Assembly (NCBI GenBank): GCA_030704615.1 | Contig: CM060733.1 | Span: 71,362,001-71,426,000, forward strand | Direction of reading: 5' to 3' | Source of the DNA: Takakia lepidozioides | Taxonomy: Eukaryota > Plantae > Bryophyta | DNA: 64,000 bases | Shown here: piece after piece, positions 40,345 to 52,700 of the stretch | Position numbering within the stretch: position 1 is the stretch's first letter | Layout: each line of letters starts with the position of its first letter | Translations under genes and position numbers: made by a program | Notes under the pieces: model-generated | Databases searched by the model: none | Told to the model about the DNA's origin: nothing | Seen by the model: only the letters and a program-made list of their open reading frames with translations

Positions 40345-41276
40345 GTCAAGCAATTTAGATCCATCGCTTGCCCCAACACCTGACGACGTGATGCCTTAGA
40401 AAGAGAAGGCACCGCCGTGGTCCCAGTGGAAAAACCCATAGCCCGCTCTCGCTCGTCGGCATTAGGCTCCACTAACTGCTGCAACTGAGCATCCCACAGG
40501 AGGCGAGGTCCACTAGCCCGGAAAGCATGCGATCCTGGGAAGCTAAGCAGTGTAGGTAGTGCTGCTCGTGGTCGACCCACCTTGTTGACCACTGCCAAAG
40601 GCGGACGGTCATCATGTCTCACACCCTGAGACTGCCTCCCTGTGTCCAAAATGCTATCCACTGTGAGGTGTGCTGGCTGCTGCACCCCATCAAATGCACA
40701 CTTAAGCAGTGCGGGTGGCATCAAGTTAGTCCACCATTACCGTGGACGATGAGCCCGTGACCCCACTGCAGCTGCATCCAGCAACACTGCTGACCCAAGC
40801 CACGACCGGACTTGATGCACACTGGCCATCACTCTGACCCGAGAATCGCCCATAAGTGGCACATTCTCCAATATGTATGCTGGAGATACAGCTTGATGAA
40901 GCTGTAAGTGGCGCAAAACCCACACCATCTCCCAAAACAGACCCGACCTCGAGTCTTGTAATCCATTGCCATGCCCGGCTGATGAATGCCCTTGGTAGGG
41001 CCAACCTGCCACTACCAAATCAATGAAGCCAACCCGCTCCAAATCCTGCGCCCCCAGCAAAGAGATATCTGCTGGCAAGGCCTGCTGATATCCACAAATC
41101 GCAGACACCGGCAACAACTCAGGGTACTGCTGCACCAACTGAGCAACATGACGGAGTGAGACGCGTCGTGCAGTCTCGTCCCTCTCCACATACAAGTAAC
41201 ACTGTACTCGTACACCTGCCTGTAGAACAGCAGCCAATCCGGTGCTGATCTTGCCAAACAAATCCAGAAGGCAAAT
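40345..41276 (-). pseudogene. DNMT3-like DNA cytosine-5 methyltransferase domain within pol
   Basis: Motif I LLDLFGKISTG, II YVERDETA, III ADISLL, IV DLVVAGWPYQGHS, GLQDSRSGLFWE, VI YILENV, VIII DAAAVGSRAHRPR*WWTNL, IX ERERAMGF, X RRQVLGQAMD, all in one frame with one stop (40737-40739). Confidence 0.92.
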
Positions 41277-42647
41277 GCCTTCATCCGGACACGGCCACAC
41301 AATCGGTGTTGTGTCCAATGTTGACAACTGAGCCTGGTGCAATCCCCGCACTGTCCTCCTCTCCTGACAGTACAAAAGCCTCTATCCAGGCTTGTTGCAC
41401 ACGACAATCAGCAACCCGCTGCAAATCCTTGCTCGAGCCCCATAATGGAGTGTGAGCAACCATGGCAACTCCGCCATACCATACATGTCATCCTGCTCTC
41501 CCGGAGGTGACACATCCTTTGAATGAGCGTTGCCCTCTAGCAACTCTTCAGGCCAACTCACTACAGCTGTGAATGCTGCCAGTGTCGGCATCTTGCCTCG
41601 CTGGGCAACCGCAACTCCTCCTATGAACGTCACAGGGAGCTGCATACGCCGGCCCTCCCCTGACTACCATCCAGGCCTATAGGAAACTGACTCCTCCCAA
41701 AAATCCAGGGTGAAGCCCATGGGGTACAACACTGCCCCACCAACAAGGACATCGTACGAGACCGCGTTTGTCACAATGGCCTTGGATCTCATCACTGAGC
41801 CATCTGTAGGATGATCTGGCTGTAGTCTGATAGCCAACTCATGCCGTGGATCATGCCTCGAGCCTGCACTGATCCTCCCAGAGATGTCTATATCTGGAAA
41901 GGGCACGGCTCCATATCCGCCTCCGTGAGGCCCAAGCCTGCAATAGCAGCTCTGCCCAGCATCAATGGCTGAGCTCCCGAGTCCAATAAGACTCACAGTG
42001 GCCGGTACCTCTTGCCTGCCGGTCCACTCAAACAGAAAATGTCATCCTGGTTGTCTAACATGACAACTCCAGGTATCACCATGGCGCGCTCAATGGCTGG
42101 CCTAGCTGGCAGCTCCATCAACCTGGCAGCTGCATCTTGCCATGGCGCCGCCGTGGCAGTCTTGACCCTGACATCCGAGGATCCCTCCGGCACTACACCT
42201 CCCACTATCTCCACAGAAGATGAAGTAACCTCCCCACTCTCACAGAGTGTCGCTGCCAGCCTGAACACCTCAGCTGGTCTTACCCCGGGCGTCGCAATCA
42301 TGGTAGCCGAGAACAATGGAGCCTGGCACACAGATGTGGCCACCCCCAGCAGCACACTAGCTGCCGTAGCCTTGGCAACACTAGGTAGTGGTGCTACCCA
42401 TGTAGCTCTCCCCAATGACATAGTAACCTCCGCCTCGGTAACAGTCGGGCGAGAACTAGGTGCCATGGATGGCGTCGACAATGTCTCCGCCAATGTGAAT
42501 GACTGAGGAAGCCTGGCCTGACGGCTTGCCTCCCCACGTTGTGGATCCAACTCCACCTCCACACCTTGTGGCTCAGGAACTCGTGCTGCTCCTCGAGTCA
42601 CTGCCGCAGCTGACTCCACTTGCACTAGTGGTAGTTCTGCCCCACAC

Positions 42648-42900
42648 ATAGTGGTAGTGGTAGTGCTGCCCGGCACTAGTGGTAGTGGTGCCTCACCCAC
42701 AGTGGTAATGGTAGTGGCACCCCTCACTAGTGGTAGTGGTGTCCCACCCATAGTGGTAGTGGTAGTGGCACCCCTCACCAGTGGTAGTGGTGCCCCATCC
42801 ATAGTGGTAGTGGTAGTGGCACCCCTCACTAGTGGTAGTGGCTCCCCACCCATAGTGGTAGTGGTAGTGGCACCCCTCACTAGTGGTAGTGCTGCCCCGT
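42648..42900 (-). repeat. 51-bp tandem repeat (~5 units) in the gag-protease linker
   Basis: Translates as repeated ATTTTTMGG.PLPLVRG (17 aa); only 1-2 partial units in copy 2 (51665-51775). Confidence 0.9.
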
Positions 42901-45900
42901 CTTGGAGCCGGTACCACCTGAGCTGTGGCCATGGCAATAAGCCTATGCTCTAATTGCTGAAGCCGGTTGGCCATGCCTTGGTCACCACCTTGACCTCCGC
43001 GTCCTTGGCCATGTTGAGCTTGCCCTTGGCCTGCACCTCGTGCCTGGCCACCTCATCCTCTCTGGGCTGCTCCACCTCGCCCCCGGCCACCATTGTTCCC
43101 TTGGAACTAGCCTGGGTGCAACTCAGGGTGCAAACCATAGCACTGGGCCTCTCCATGCCCGTACCTGCCACAATGCCCACACTGCACCTGTGCAGGCTCT
43201 GCCGGTGCGAAACCATTGCCTCCCTCTGGGCAATCCTTCTTGATATGGGGTCCTCCACATGTCCAGCACACCACATCCGCCCGTTGTTGGCTGGCGAAAA
43301 AAGGGAGAGACCCCTGCATCTGAGGTCCTCTCTGTCTTTCCCTGGGCTTCACCTGAGCCCCCTTGTTGCCTTGAGCACGTTGAGGTAGTGGCTGGCTAGG
43401 AGCACCACTACCCCGTGGTGCCTCCTTAGCAAATCCCACCATGACCACTCGTTCCTCCACCATGTTGAGCTCTATCCGCTCTGCCAGAAAAAACACATTT
43501 GTTAAGGTGGGTTGGGTCGCTTGTAGGAGAGTTGCATCCCGCACCCTTCTCCTTAGCTCCTTGTCCAATATCCCGTACCAGAATTGGACTGCCTGAGCCT
43601 CCGTAACCCCTTGGGTTACATTAATCAAGCGCCTCATGTGAGTGAAAGCCTCCCTCAAGCTCTCAGTCGGCTTCCTCTAGAACTCTTGCAAACTCCTCAA
43701 CTTCTCTATCCTCACCCCTTGGTAGTTCCTTGTCAACTCTTCAAAGAACTCCACAACAGGGTTGAAGGCAGGCACGGCCATTGGTGCTGGTGCAGCAGTA
43801 GCTTGGGTGGACGTCGTAGTTGTTGTACCACTAGTCTCACTACTGCTCGTGGAAGCTGTTGTTGTAGCTGCTGCTGCTGGTGCAGCTACCGGTGTGGCTG
43901 CTGCCCTTGTGCCTCTAGTGCCTCTAGTGATGGAGACATAGTCGGGTGACCAGTACATCCTCCACTCCTCGATCTCAACATCGTGCCCCCGCCTAAACTC
44001 ATGGTAATCATCCATGGGCGGTCCCTCAAGGTGCTGAAACAACCCCTTCCATGCCATGAAAGGCATAAATAGTTGTGGATTGCGCATTTGCTGCAAGTCA
44101 CACCAACTATCAAACTCTTGGATAAAATTATCCAACTCAATGGTGCCCACCGCCCCAGAGTAGCTACGTGGCCCCTTAGTGGCTCCATACATCTCCTCCA
44201 CTGTGTCCCACATCAATGGCAAGGAAACAACTTGCACCGCCGGTGTGAATCCTCCTTATTCACAATCCGAATCAGAACCTTCCGTAGAAGACACAGGAGG
44301 TGAAGGTGGCCTAAACCGCACACCCCGTCTCGTATACCCGCTATTATCGCTAGTGCTCGTACCGGCATTTTCCCCAGCAACTAGTGGCACCTCCGTGTTG
44401 ACAAACTGACACTCACCGGTCATGAACATGTCTCTAACCCCCTCTCCACAACGTATCCGGGTAGAGAACTTGATGCGGCTTATGGTTTGGAATACTAGGT
44501 TCTTAACATAGCCTGCACCTGCACCTGCATCCACCGCAGGCACTCCCATGGTTGGCTGGTCATCACCTCCAACCTCACCACAGAAGAAACAAAGATGGTC
44601 TGACTGGTCATCAACCCAGCCTTACCATCGACAACATGCTCTAGGGTTGGATCGGCGATCAAGCCCGAGTCAACCACCTTTTAAATCAAGCGCCCACACA
44701 AAGCTTGGCGCACAATCAAGCATGCAGGTGTGGAGGGGATCCAAACACAAGAATGAAAACAACAACTCCCCCACACCAAAAATCTCTCCACAGTGTCGCT
44801 CCTGCAACCCAGCCCAAACCCGGACTAACTCTTGCCTCCACCTACGGAAAGGTCTCGGCCTACAGAGAAGGTGGAAAGCTACGAGGAAGGGAAACTAAAG
44901 CAATGTCTATCCCCAGCACGCTTTTATCCCAACACCCTCTTTTTTTTTTTCTCTCTCTCACTTGCATGACCATGAGAGCATCCTGTAGACACTCCTCAAA
45001 CCGCCCTCCACAAGCTCATGAAACTTGGCCTCCAAGGCCCCATGCAAGCCTCCATAGGGTCTGCCAGTGCCTCCTCTTGTCCACCAGTCATTCCTCAGAA
45101 TGGAACCACCTCAGGAAACCACGCCGTTCACTGAAGGTTAAAAAAATGGAGCAAATAGAGATACATATAGGCCCCCAACAACATTCTGTCCAAAGGAATT
45201 ACCTGCAGGCTGGTCTTCCCCATAGTTAAGAATTGGGCTGAAAACCCGAAAAGATTACCTGCAGGGGAGTAATCCCCTTTGTTAAAACACAACAGGGAGG
45301 CAATTCCGACTTTTCTGCTGGATCAGCTAGCTCAAAACCGTTGTTCTTCAGAGCCCAGCCTCCCCATCAAGGTCCCACGAAACGAGTGAGAAAAGATTTT
45401 TTATTTTTATTTTTATTTTTTTCACTCTGCCTGTTCGCGGCCTTCCGTGGCTCCAACCGCCACGACTCCTCACGGCCCGCCCTAGGCGCTCGTTGGCCAT
45501 GGGCTGCCCAGTGATACCTCGTGGTACCACTCCCACGAGCCTTCAGGCCCCCATCCCCACGATCTGGTCACCGTGCCCACCCGTTGTGTCCGCACCACGA
45601 CTTCCAACGGTCATGGTCAACGGTCACGGTCAACCATCACGACCTGGGCTCGTGGTATCTCGTGATACCGCCCCAACGGCCCATCACGACCACTATTCCC
45701 TGCGTTCCCTGGAACTCCCAACGAGTTCCCATGAGTTCCCGAGGCGTTCCCACGCGTTCCCGAGCTCTTCCCGAACTGGGGTTTGCTCCAGCACCTGCTG
45801 CCGACGAGCTATGGCTTTTGCGGAGCCATCAGCCCTGTCGCCCTGCACTCCTGAGCTCTCACGGCCCACTAGAAGTGCCTCCAACTCAACAAGCAAGCTA

Positions 45901-46719
45901 TATGCTGCCCAACAAGCTCCATTTTCTTCATGAAGCTCACAAAAACAAATATGAAAATACACACATTTACAAACTTGGTGCACCTGCACTTCTCATGCAT
46001 CTCCCTTGGTCTAGGGCGCCTCGTTGCTGCCCTTCCAGCCCCGCTCTTGCCACTCCAAGAGCCCTTACACTGCTGAGTTTAGATTGAAACTCCAACTCAG
46101 CACATATTTCACAAGTGCACTGATTTGCACACAAGAGGGACCAGCCCCCTCTCTTCACTCATACCTCTTCATGAGCTTGGAGCTGAAGCTCCCGACGGGC
46201 TGCGATGCATTTCCTCGCAGCTCCACCATTCGGCTGCTCCTCATCTACCCGCAACAACTAGTTTCAGGCAGAAATACCTGGAGCTGATCATATCATCTCC
46301 AACCTGCAACATGCTAGCTTCCCATGCGCAGCCCACATTCCTTCAGCTCCTTAACTGGGCCTGCAGCTGAAGAAGACGACCACCAGTTCGCTCACTCGTG
46401 GCCAGCATCTCCTCCGCTTTATACTAGAAGCCCAAACTTGGTTGCCATAGCGTTGAGCTATGCAACGCCACTCTTTAACATACGCTACTCGCCTCTCTAT
46501 CCATTGCAAACCTGCAACATGTTCGCCTTTGCACTCTATCCACTTTGGATAGGCTCATGCACGGATCCCTGCACTCTAGGCTGAACCGCTTTTCATGATC
46601 TGAAAACACAAGTGCTACAACTAACTCGAACCTTGCACTCATAGACACGAGCTGATCTTTCTCGAGTGATAAGGAAAGGAAATGATACAAGCATACAAGC
46701 TCTCTCAAACTCATACATA

Positions 46720-49700
46720 CACTAGTGCAGCCACTAGTCCACCATTAGGCTGCCACTAGCCACCACTAGTGCAGCCACTAATCCAACCACTAGGCTTCCA
46801 CTAGCCACCATTAGTGCAGCCACTAGTCTACCACTAGGCTGCCACTAGTCCATCACAATCGCCTCCCTAGCTGGCGCTTAGGTCCTCTAAGTCTAGGTAG
46901 CCACAAGATGTGATAGTGGCCATAGCCTCACTAAGTCCTCCACCACTGTCCCTACTACACTCAAACTCGATAGATCAAGAAGCCGGGTACAAGAGTTGCC
47001 CCATCGTTAGTCGCCGTCTTACAACCTGTGAACTTGAGCCTGAGATCTTGGGTATTGACTCCTATGAGCTTGGCCTCCCATGTCTTGTTGGCTGCCACTA
47101 GTCATATCCACTGCCACTATCCCAAGCAGTGTGGACATAACCAATCTCCATCAGGAACCCTCTCAAGAGGTGGTGTCGAGCATCCCATGTGCCAACCTCT
47201 TGAGCATCGATCACACACCAACATAGTGGCGGCACCACGAGCATGCCCACATAGCATGCAACGTAACCCTGCAGGTACCACTGCAAGGTTAGGATCTATC
47301 CTCCCATCCACATGTGGATGGTGACATGGCGCACAATTGCGCACATGGTCCTTCCATACCATGCCATCTCGACCCTCCAAAATCAACACTCCTGAAAGCA
47401 ACACCTCCTTGACCCTTAGAATCACACGTCCTGCTGTAACATCCAAGGTCGTAGGCGCTGTCTGCTACAGATACACATAGTCCCCAGGGTGGAAACGCCG
47501 AACACCTGGCCGATATCCCCCTCCACATATAGTAGCATACCTCAATGTGTCTCGGTGTTGGACAATAGCAAGGTTCTCAAAAGCCATAGGCATGACTTTC
47601 TTGAACAACTCTACCCGCTGGGTACATGCTTGTGTCCACACATTCAAATCATCAAGGTTGAGGACTACTACAGCCTACCTGTGAATAGACGCAGACAAAT
47701 CTGGCTCTCGGCCAAAGAAAAGGAAATATGGTGAGAAGGAGACAAGTGATGTTTGCTTGCTAAACCTATAGCCCATGGCTAACCAAGGTACCTGAAGATC
47801 CCAATCTCCTAGGTATCCCTTTTGCAAGCCATACTTGCTCAAACCCCTCTTCACTGTCTGCACCACTCTCTTTGCCAAGCCATTGGCCTCAGGATGATCC
47901 CGAGAAGTGGTACGGTGGTCTATCAAGGCTTTATCACACAAAGCCTGAAACTCCCCCAAGAACTCTCTCCCTTTGTCCGTGAGTACCTCAGCTGGAGAAC
48001 CGAATCGGCTAAGCACACGATCCAGGAATGTATACGCAGCCCCCTCACTAGCCTTGTCAGGCAATGGAACCAACTCAATCCACTTGGAGAAGTGCTCCAC
48101 CATCACCAACACATATTTATGGTGGCGCATCGTTAGTGGCAACAGCCCTGCAAAGTCAAGACTCCACGTGTAGCCCAATCCCATGATGGGTAAAGGATGC
48201 AACTGTGGTATAGGGGCGTTGAATGAAGCACGCACCCTGTCACACACCATGCACCTAGTCACAAACTGTTGCACCTCTTTGTGCATACCACGCCACCAAT
48301 ACTGCCCCTCTAGTAAACTATGAGTGCGTCGCACTCCAAAATGCCCCAACTCTCCATAGGCATGCCGCACTAACCGTGCACGCTGTGTTGGGTGAGGCAC
48401 GATCCTCACCCGACCATCCTCCCACACTCGAAGCAGGTGTATCCCCTCCCACTTGAACCTCCTGGCTCGTTGTAGGATCCGATCCCTCTCCTTGGCAGTC
48501 ACACTTGCTGTCGTGTCTCCAGTGCGGAGGTAGTCCAACACAACCGAATCCTCATGTATATCTCTGGCACCACATGGCTCATCACTAGCCTCAGGGTCCT
48601 CAGACACTCCGTCTACAGTCATCCCTGTTGTAGGTCCAACCTGACCTCCCAATGCCAAGATACACAAGAAGGCAGATGCATGCCATCCCGACACCATCTC
48701 CTCGTCCGTCTCACCATGCCACCGAGCTCCAATGTCATCATGCTGGCTCGTGCATGGATTGCGACTCAATCCATCTGCATCCCTATTGACCAAACCCGAT
48801 CGCTGCACAACCTGAAAGTCATACTCTTGGAGTATAAGTGCCCACCATGCAAGCTTCTCCGTAAGCTTGTCTGACTCCATCAACCACTTGAGTGGTTGGT
48901 GATCCATGACAAGGGTGAAGAGATGCCGTATAGATAGCACCTAAAGTGTGCCACGGCCCACACTGCAGCTAAGCACTCCCCCTCATATGAGCTATACTTA
49001 GACTCTGCAACGTTGTTTGAGCGACTAGCATAAGCCACTACAAACTCTCTTCCCTCATCATCCACATGTATGAGCACCGCTCCAAGCCCCAGCATGCTCT
49101 AATCCGTATGCAGCTGAAATGGGCGCCCCCTGATAGGTTGTCTCAAGATGGGCGCCGAGGTCAACCTCGCCTTGAGCTCCTGAAAAGCTCGCTCTTGCTC
49201 ATCTTCCCACTGCTACTTCTGGTCTACCTTGGTCAACTTGGTTAGAGCCTTTGCGATAGCACTAAATTCCTTGACAAACCGTTTATAGTAGTTTGCCAAC
49301 CCCAGGAAAGCTCGAACTCGGCTCACATCCGTGGGGCGTGGAATCTGTGCGATGGCCTCTACCTTAGTCTGATGTAGCCCCAATCCTCCAGGATATATCA
49401 TGTGGCCCAGATACTCAATCTCGTTATGGAAGAACTTGCACTTCCCATGATGTAATTTCAATCCGTGCGCTCTCAAGCGCTCAAACACCACCTGAAGGTG
49501 TCTCTCATGCTCCTCCACCGTAGCACTAAAGATGGTGATGTCATCTATGTAGCACCGAGCAAAATCCACCCCTGCTAGAATCCTGTCCATGACTCTCTGG
49601 AACTCTGCAGGAGCGTTCTTAAGCCCGAATGGTAAGAACCGCCACTGATATAGGCAATCATTCCCGTGCTCATTGATCCGCTAGAATGTCGTTTTCTGCT

Positions 49701-52700
49701 TGTCTGCCTCCTTGATCGGCAACTGGTGTTATCCGGACCGCAAGTCCAAAGTGTTAAAGACCTTGGCATGCCAATGGCATCAAAGATCTCCTCCGGTGTG
49801 GGCATGGCATACTTATCGGACTTGGTCTGACGATTTACAGGCCGGTAATCACCGCATATACGTCTCTCTGTCCAATTGCCATAGACATCTTTCTTGGCTG
49901 GCATCACCGTGGCTGAAGCATACTCTCCACTAGAGAGCTCCACCAGACCAGCCTCCCAGAGATCTTGAGTTCTCATCTGAATCAAAGACTTCTCCATGTC
50001 ACTGTATCTACCGAAAGATTGGCATATCCGTGGCTAACTCAATACGAATCTCCTGACCCTTCAGTGCTCCCAAATCCTTCAAACTGAAGGCAAAGCAATT
50101 CCTATAAGCCCTCAAGAACCGCCGTATACGTCGTCTCTCTCCTCCAGTGACAATGGGTCCAATGTCAGGCTCCCAATTGTCCTCCGTAACTGCAACCTTA
50201 AGTCCAGCAGACTTAGAGGTAGGAGACGCGTCCCATGATTTCTATGCCGCAACCTCTTGAGCAATACTCCCTGCCTGCTCAGTCAATGAGAAGGCCTCAT
50301 CCTTGAGGACCTCCTCAACCCGAGAAGAATCCCCAACCTCATCCATCACAGCCGCCTTGGCTGCCAACTCCCTCTGAACCTCGAGCACCTCCCACGTGTG
50401 CCATGGATATCTGCACCCCGTGGTCCTCACCGGCTCGCCCCCACTCACTGCTTGTACCGTCTCGGTAGCTCGAGCCCCACAATGGAGTGTGAGCAACCAT
50501 GGCAGGCAACTCCGCCATACCATACATGTCATCCTGCTCTCCTGGAGGTGACACATCCTTTGAATGAGTGTTGCCTTCTAACAACTCTCCAAGCCAACTC
50601 ACTATTGCTGTGAATGCTGCCTGTGTCGGCATCTTGCCTCATTGGGCAACCGCAACTCCTCCTATGAACGTCACAGGGAGCTGCACATGCCGGCCCTCCC
50701 CTGACTGCCATCCAAGCCTATAGGAAACTGACTCTTCCCAAAAATCCAAGGTGAAGCCCATGGGGTACAACACTGCCTTACCAATAAAGACATCGTACGA
50801 GACCGCGTCTGTCACAATGGCCTTGGCTCTCATCATTGAGACATCTGTAGGATGATCCAACTGTAGTCTGATCGCCAATTCACGCCGTGTCATGCCCCGA
50901 GCATGCTCCGATCCTCCCAGAGATGTCTATATCTGGAAATGACACGGCTCCATATCCGCCTCCGTGAGGCCCAAGCTTGCAATAGCAGCTCTGCCCAGCA
51001 TCAGTGGCTGAGTTCCCGAGTCCAACAAAACCCGCAATAGCCGGTACCTCTTGTCTGCCGGTTCACTCAAACAGAAAATGTCATCCTGGTTGTCTAACAT
51101 GACAACTCCGGGTGTCACCATGGCGCGCTCAATGGCTGGCCTAGCTGGCAGCTCCGCCAACCTGGCAGCTGCAGTTGCCATGGCGCCGCCGTGGCAGTCT
51201 TGACCCTCACATCCGAGGATCCCTCCGGCACTACACCTCCCACTAGCTCCGCAGAAGATGAAGTAACCTCCCCACTCTCACAGAGTGTCGTTGCCAGCCT
51301 AAACACCTCAGCTGGTCTTACCCCCGGCGTCGCAATCATGGTAGCCGAAAACAATGGAGCCTGGCACACAGATGTGGCCGCCCCTAGCAGCACACTAGCT
51401 GCCGTAGCCTTGGCAACACTAGGTAGTGGTGCTGCCCGTGTTCTAGCTCCCAATGACATAGTACCCTCCACCTCGGTAACAGTCGGGCAAGAACTAGGTG
51501 CCATGGACGGCATCAACACTACCTCCGCCAATGTGAATGACTGAGAAAGCCTGGCCTGACGGCTTGCCTCCCCATGCCGTGGATCCAACTCCACCTCCGC
51601 ACCCCGTGGCCCAGGAACTCATGCTGCTCCTCGAGTCACTGCCGCAGCTGACTCCACTGCACTTAGCACTAGTGGTAGTCCGTGCCCCTCGCCCGCATAG
51701 TGGTAGTGGTGCCTGCATCCCATCCACCAGTGTGGTCAGTGGTAGTGGCACCCCTCACTAGTGGTAGTGCTGCCCCACACATGAATCCCATGTCTTCCAT
51801 GTCTCCTCCCTCAGGAGCAGGAGGTGGACCATCCGGCCTTGGAGCCGGTACCACCTGAGCTGTGGCCATGGCAGCGAGCCTCTGCTCTAACTGCTGAAGC
51901 CGGTTGGCCATGCCTTGGTCAGCACCCTGACCTCCGCGTCCTTGGCCATGTTGAGCTTGCCCTTGGCCTGCACTTTGTGTCTGGCCACCTCGTCCTCTCT
52001 GGGCTGCTCCACCACGCCCCCGGCCACCATTGTTCCCTTGGAACTAGCCTGGGTGCAACTCAGGATGCAAACCATAGCACTAGGCATCTCCATACCCGTA
52101 CGTGCCACAATTCCCACATTGCAACTATGTAGGTTGTGCCGATGCCAAACCATTGCCTCCCTCTGGGCAATCCTTCTTGACATGGGGTCCTCCACAGTCC
52201 AGCACACCACATCCGCCCGTTGTTGGCCAGCAAATGAAGGGAGAGACCCATGCATCTGAGGTCCTCTCTGTCCTTCCCTGGTCTTCATCTTAGCCCCATT
52301 GTTGCCTTGAGCACGTTGAGGTACTGGCTGGCTAGGAGCACCACTACCCCGTGGTACCTCCTTAGCAAATCCCACCATGACCACTCGTTCCTCCACCATG
52401 TTGAGCTCTATCCGCTCTGCTAGCAAAAACACATTTACTAAGGTGGGTCGGGCTGTTTGTAAGAGAGTTGCATCTCGCACCCTTCTCCTCAGCTCCTTGT
52501 CCAATATCCCATACCAGAATTGGACTGCCTGAGCTTCCGTAACCCTTGGGTTACATTAATCAAGCGCCTCATGCGAGTGAAAGCCTCTCTCAAGCTCTCA
52601 GTAGGCTTCCATTGGAACTCTTGTAAGCTTCTCAACTTCTCTGTCATCACCCCTTGGTAGTTCCTTCTCAACTCTTCGAAGAACTCCACATCGGGGTTGA

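Larger units (their letters stand above)
35160..44549 (-). mobile_element. Ty3/gypsy-type LTR retrotransposon, copy 1: gag-protease-C5 methyltransferase-RT(duplicated)-RNaseH-integrase-PHD; decayed
   Basis: Gag with two CCHC knuckles (CWTCGGPHIKKDC, CGHCGRYGHGEAQC); protease VLLDSGAQ (~41970); MTase 41276-40345; RT LDLRSGYHQ/YIDD; RNaseH YEGECLAAVWAVAHF...TDHQPL; integrase HEELGHFG...CMVC, WSLDFAG, LTDQ, GLAERVVQT; PHD. Polypurine tract AAGGGGGCGAT (35374-35364) is followed by a TG LTR start at 35363. Confidence 0.93.

Noticed and set aside
40345-41276. Bacterial restriction-modification methylase, contamination, or host DNMT3 gene
   Set aside because: It lies in frame within a retrotransposon pol between protease and RT, has no introns or partner nuclease, and is flanked by plant nuclear genes.
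44530-44560. CA-TGG as LTR end plus primer-binding site
   Set aside because: The following bases match no tRNA 3' end I recognise, and the ATG is in frame with gag.
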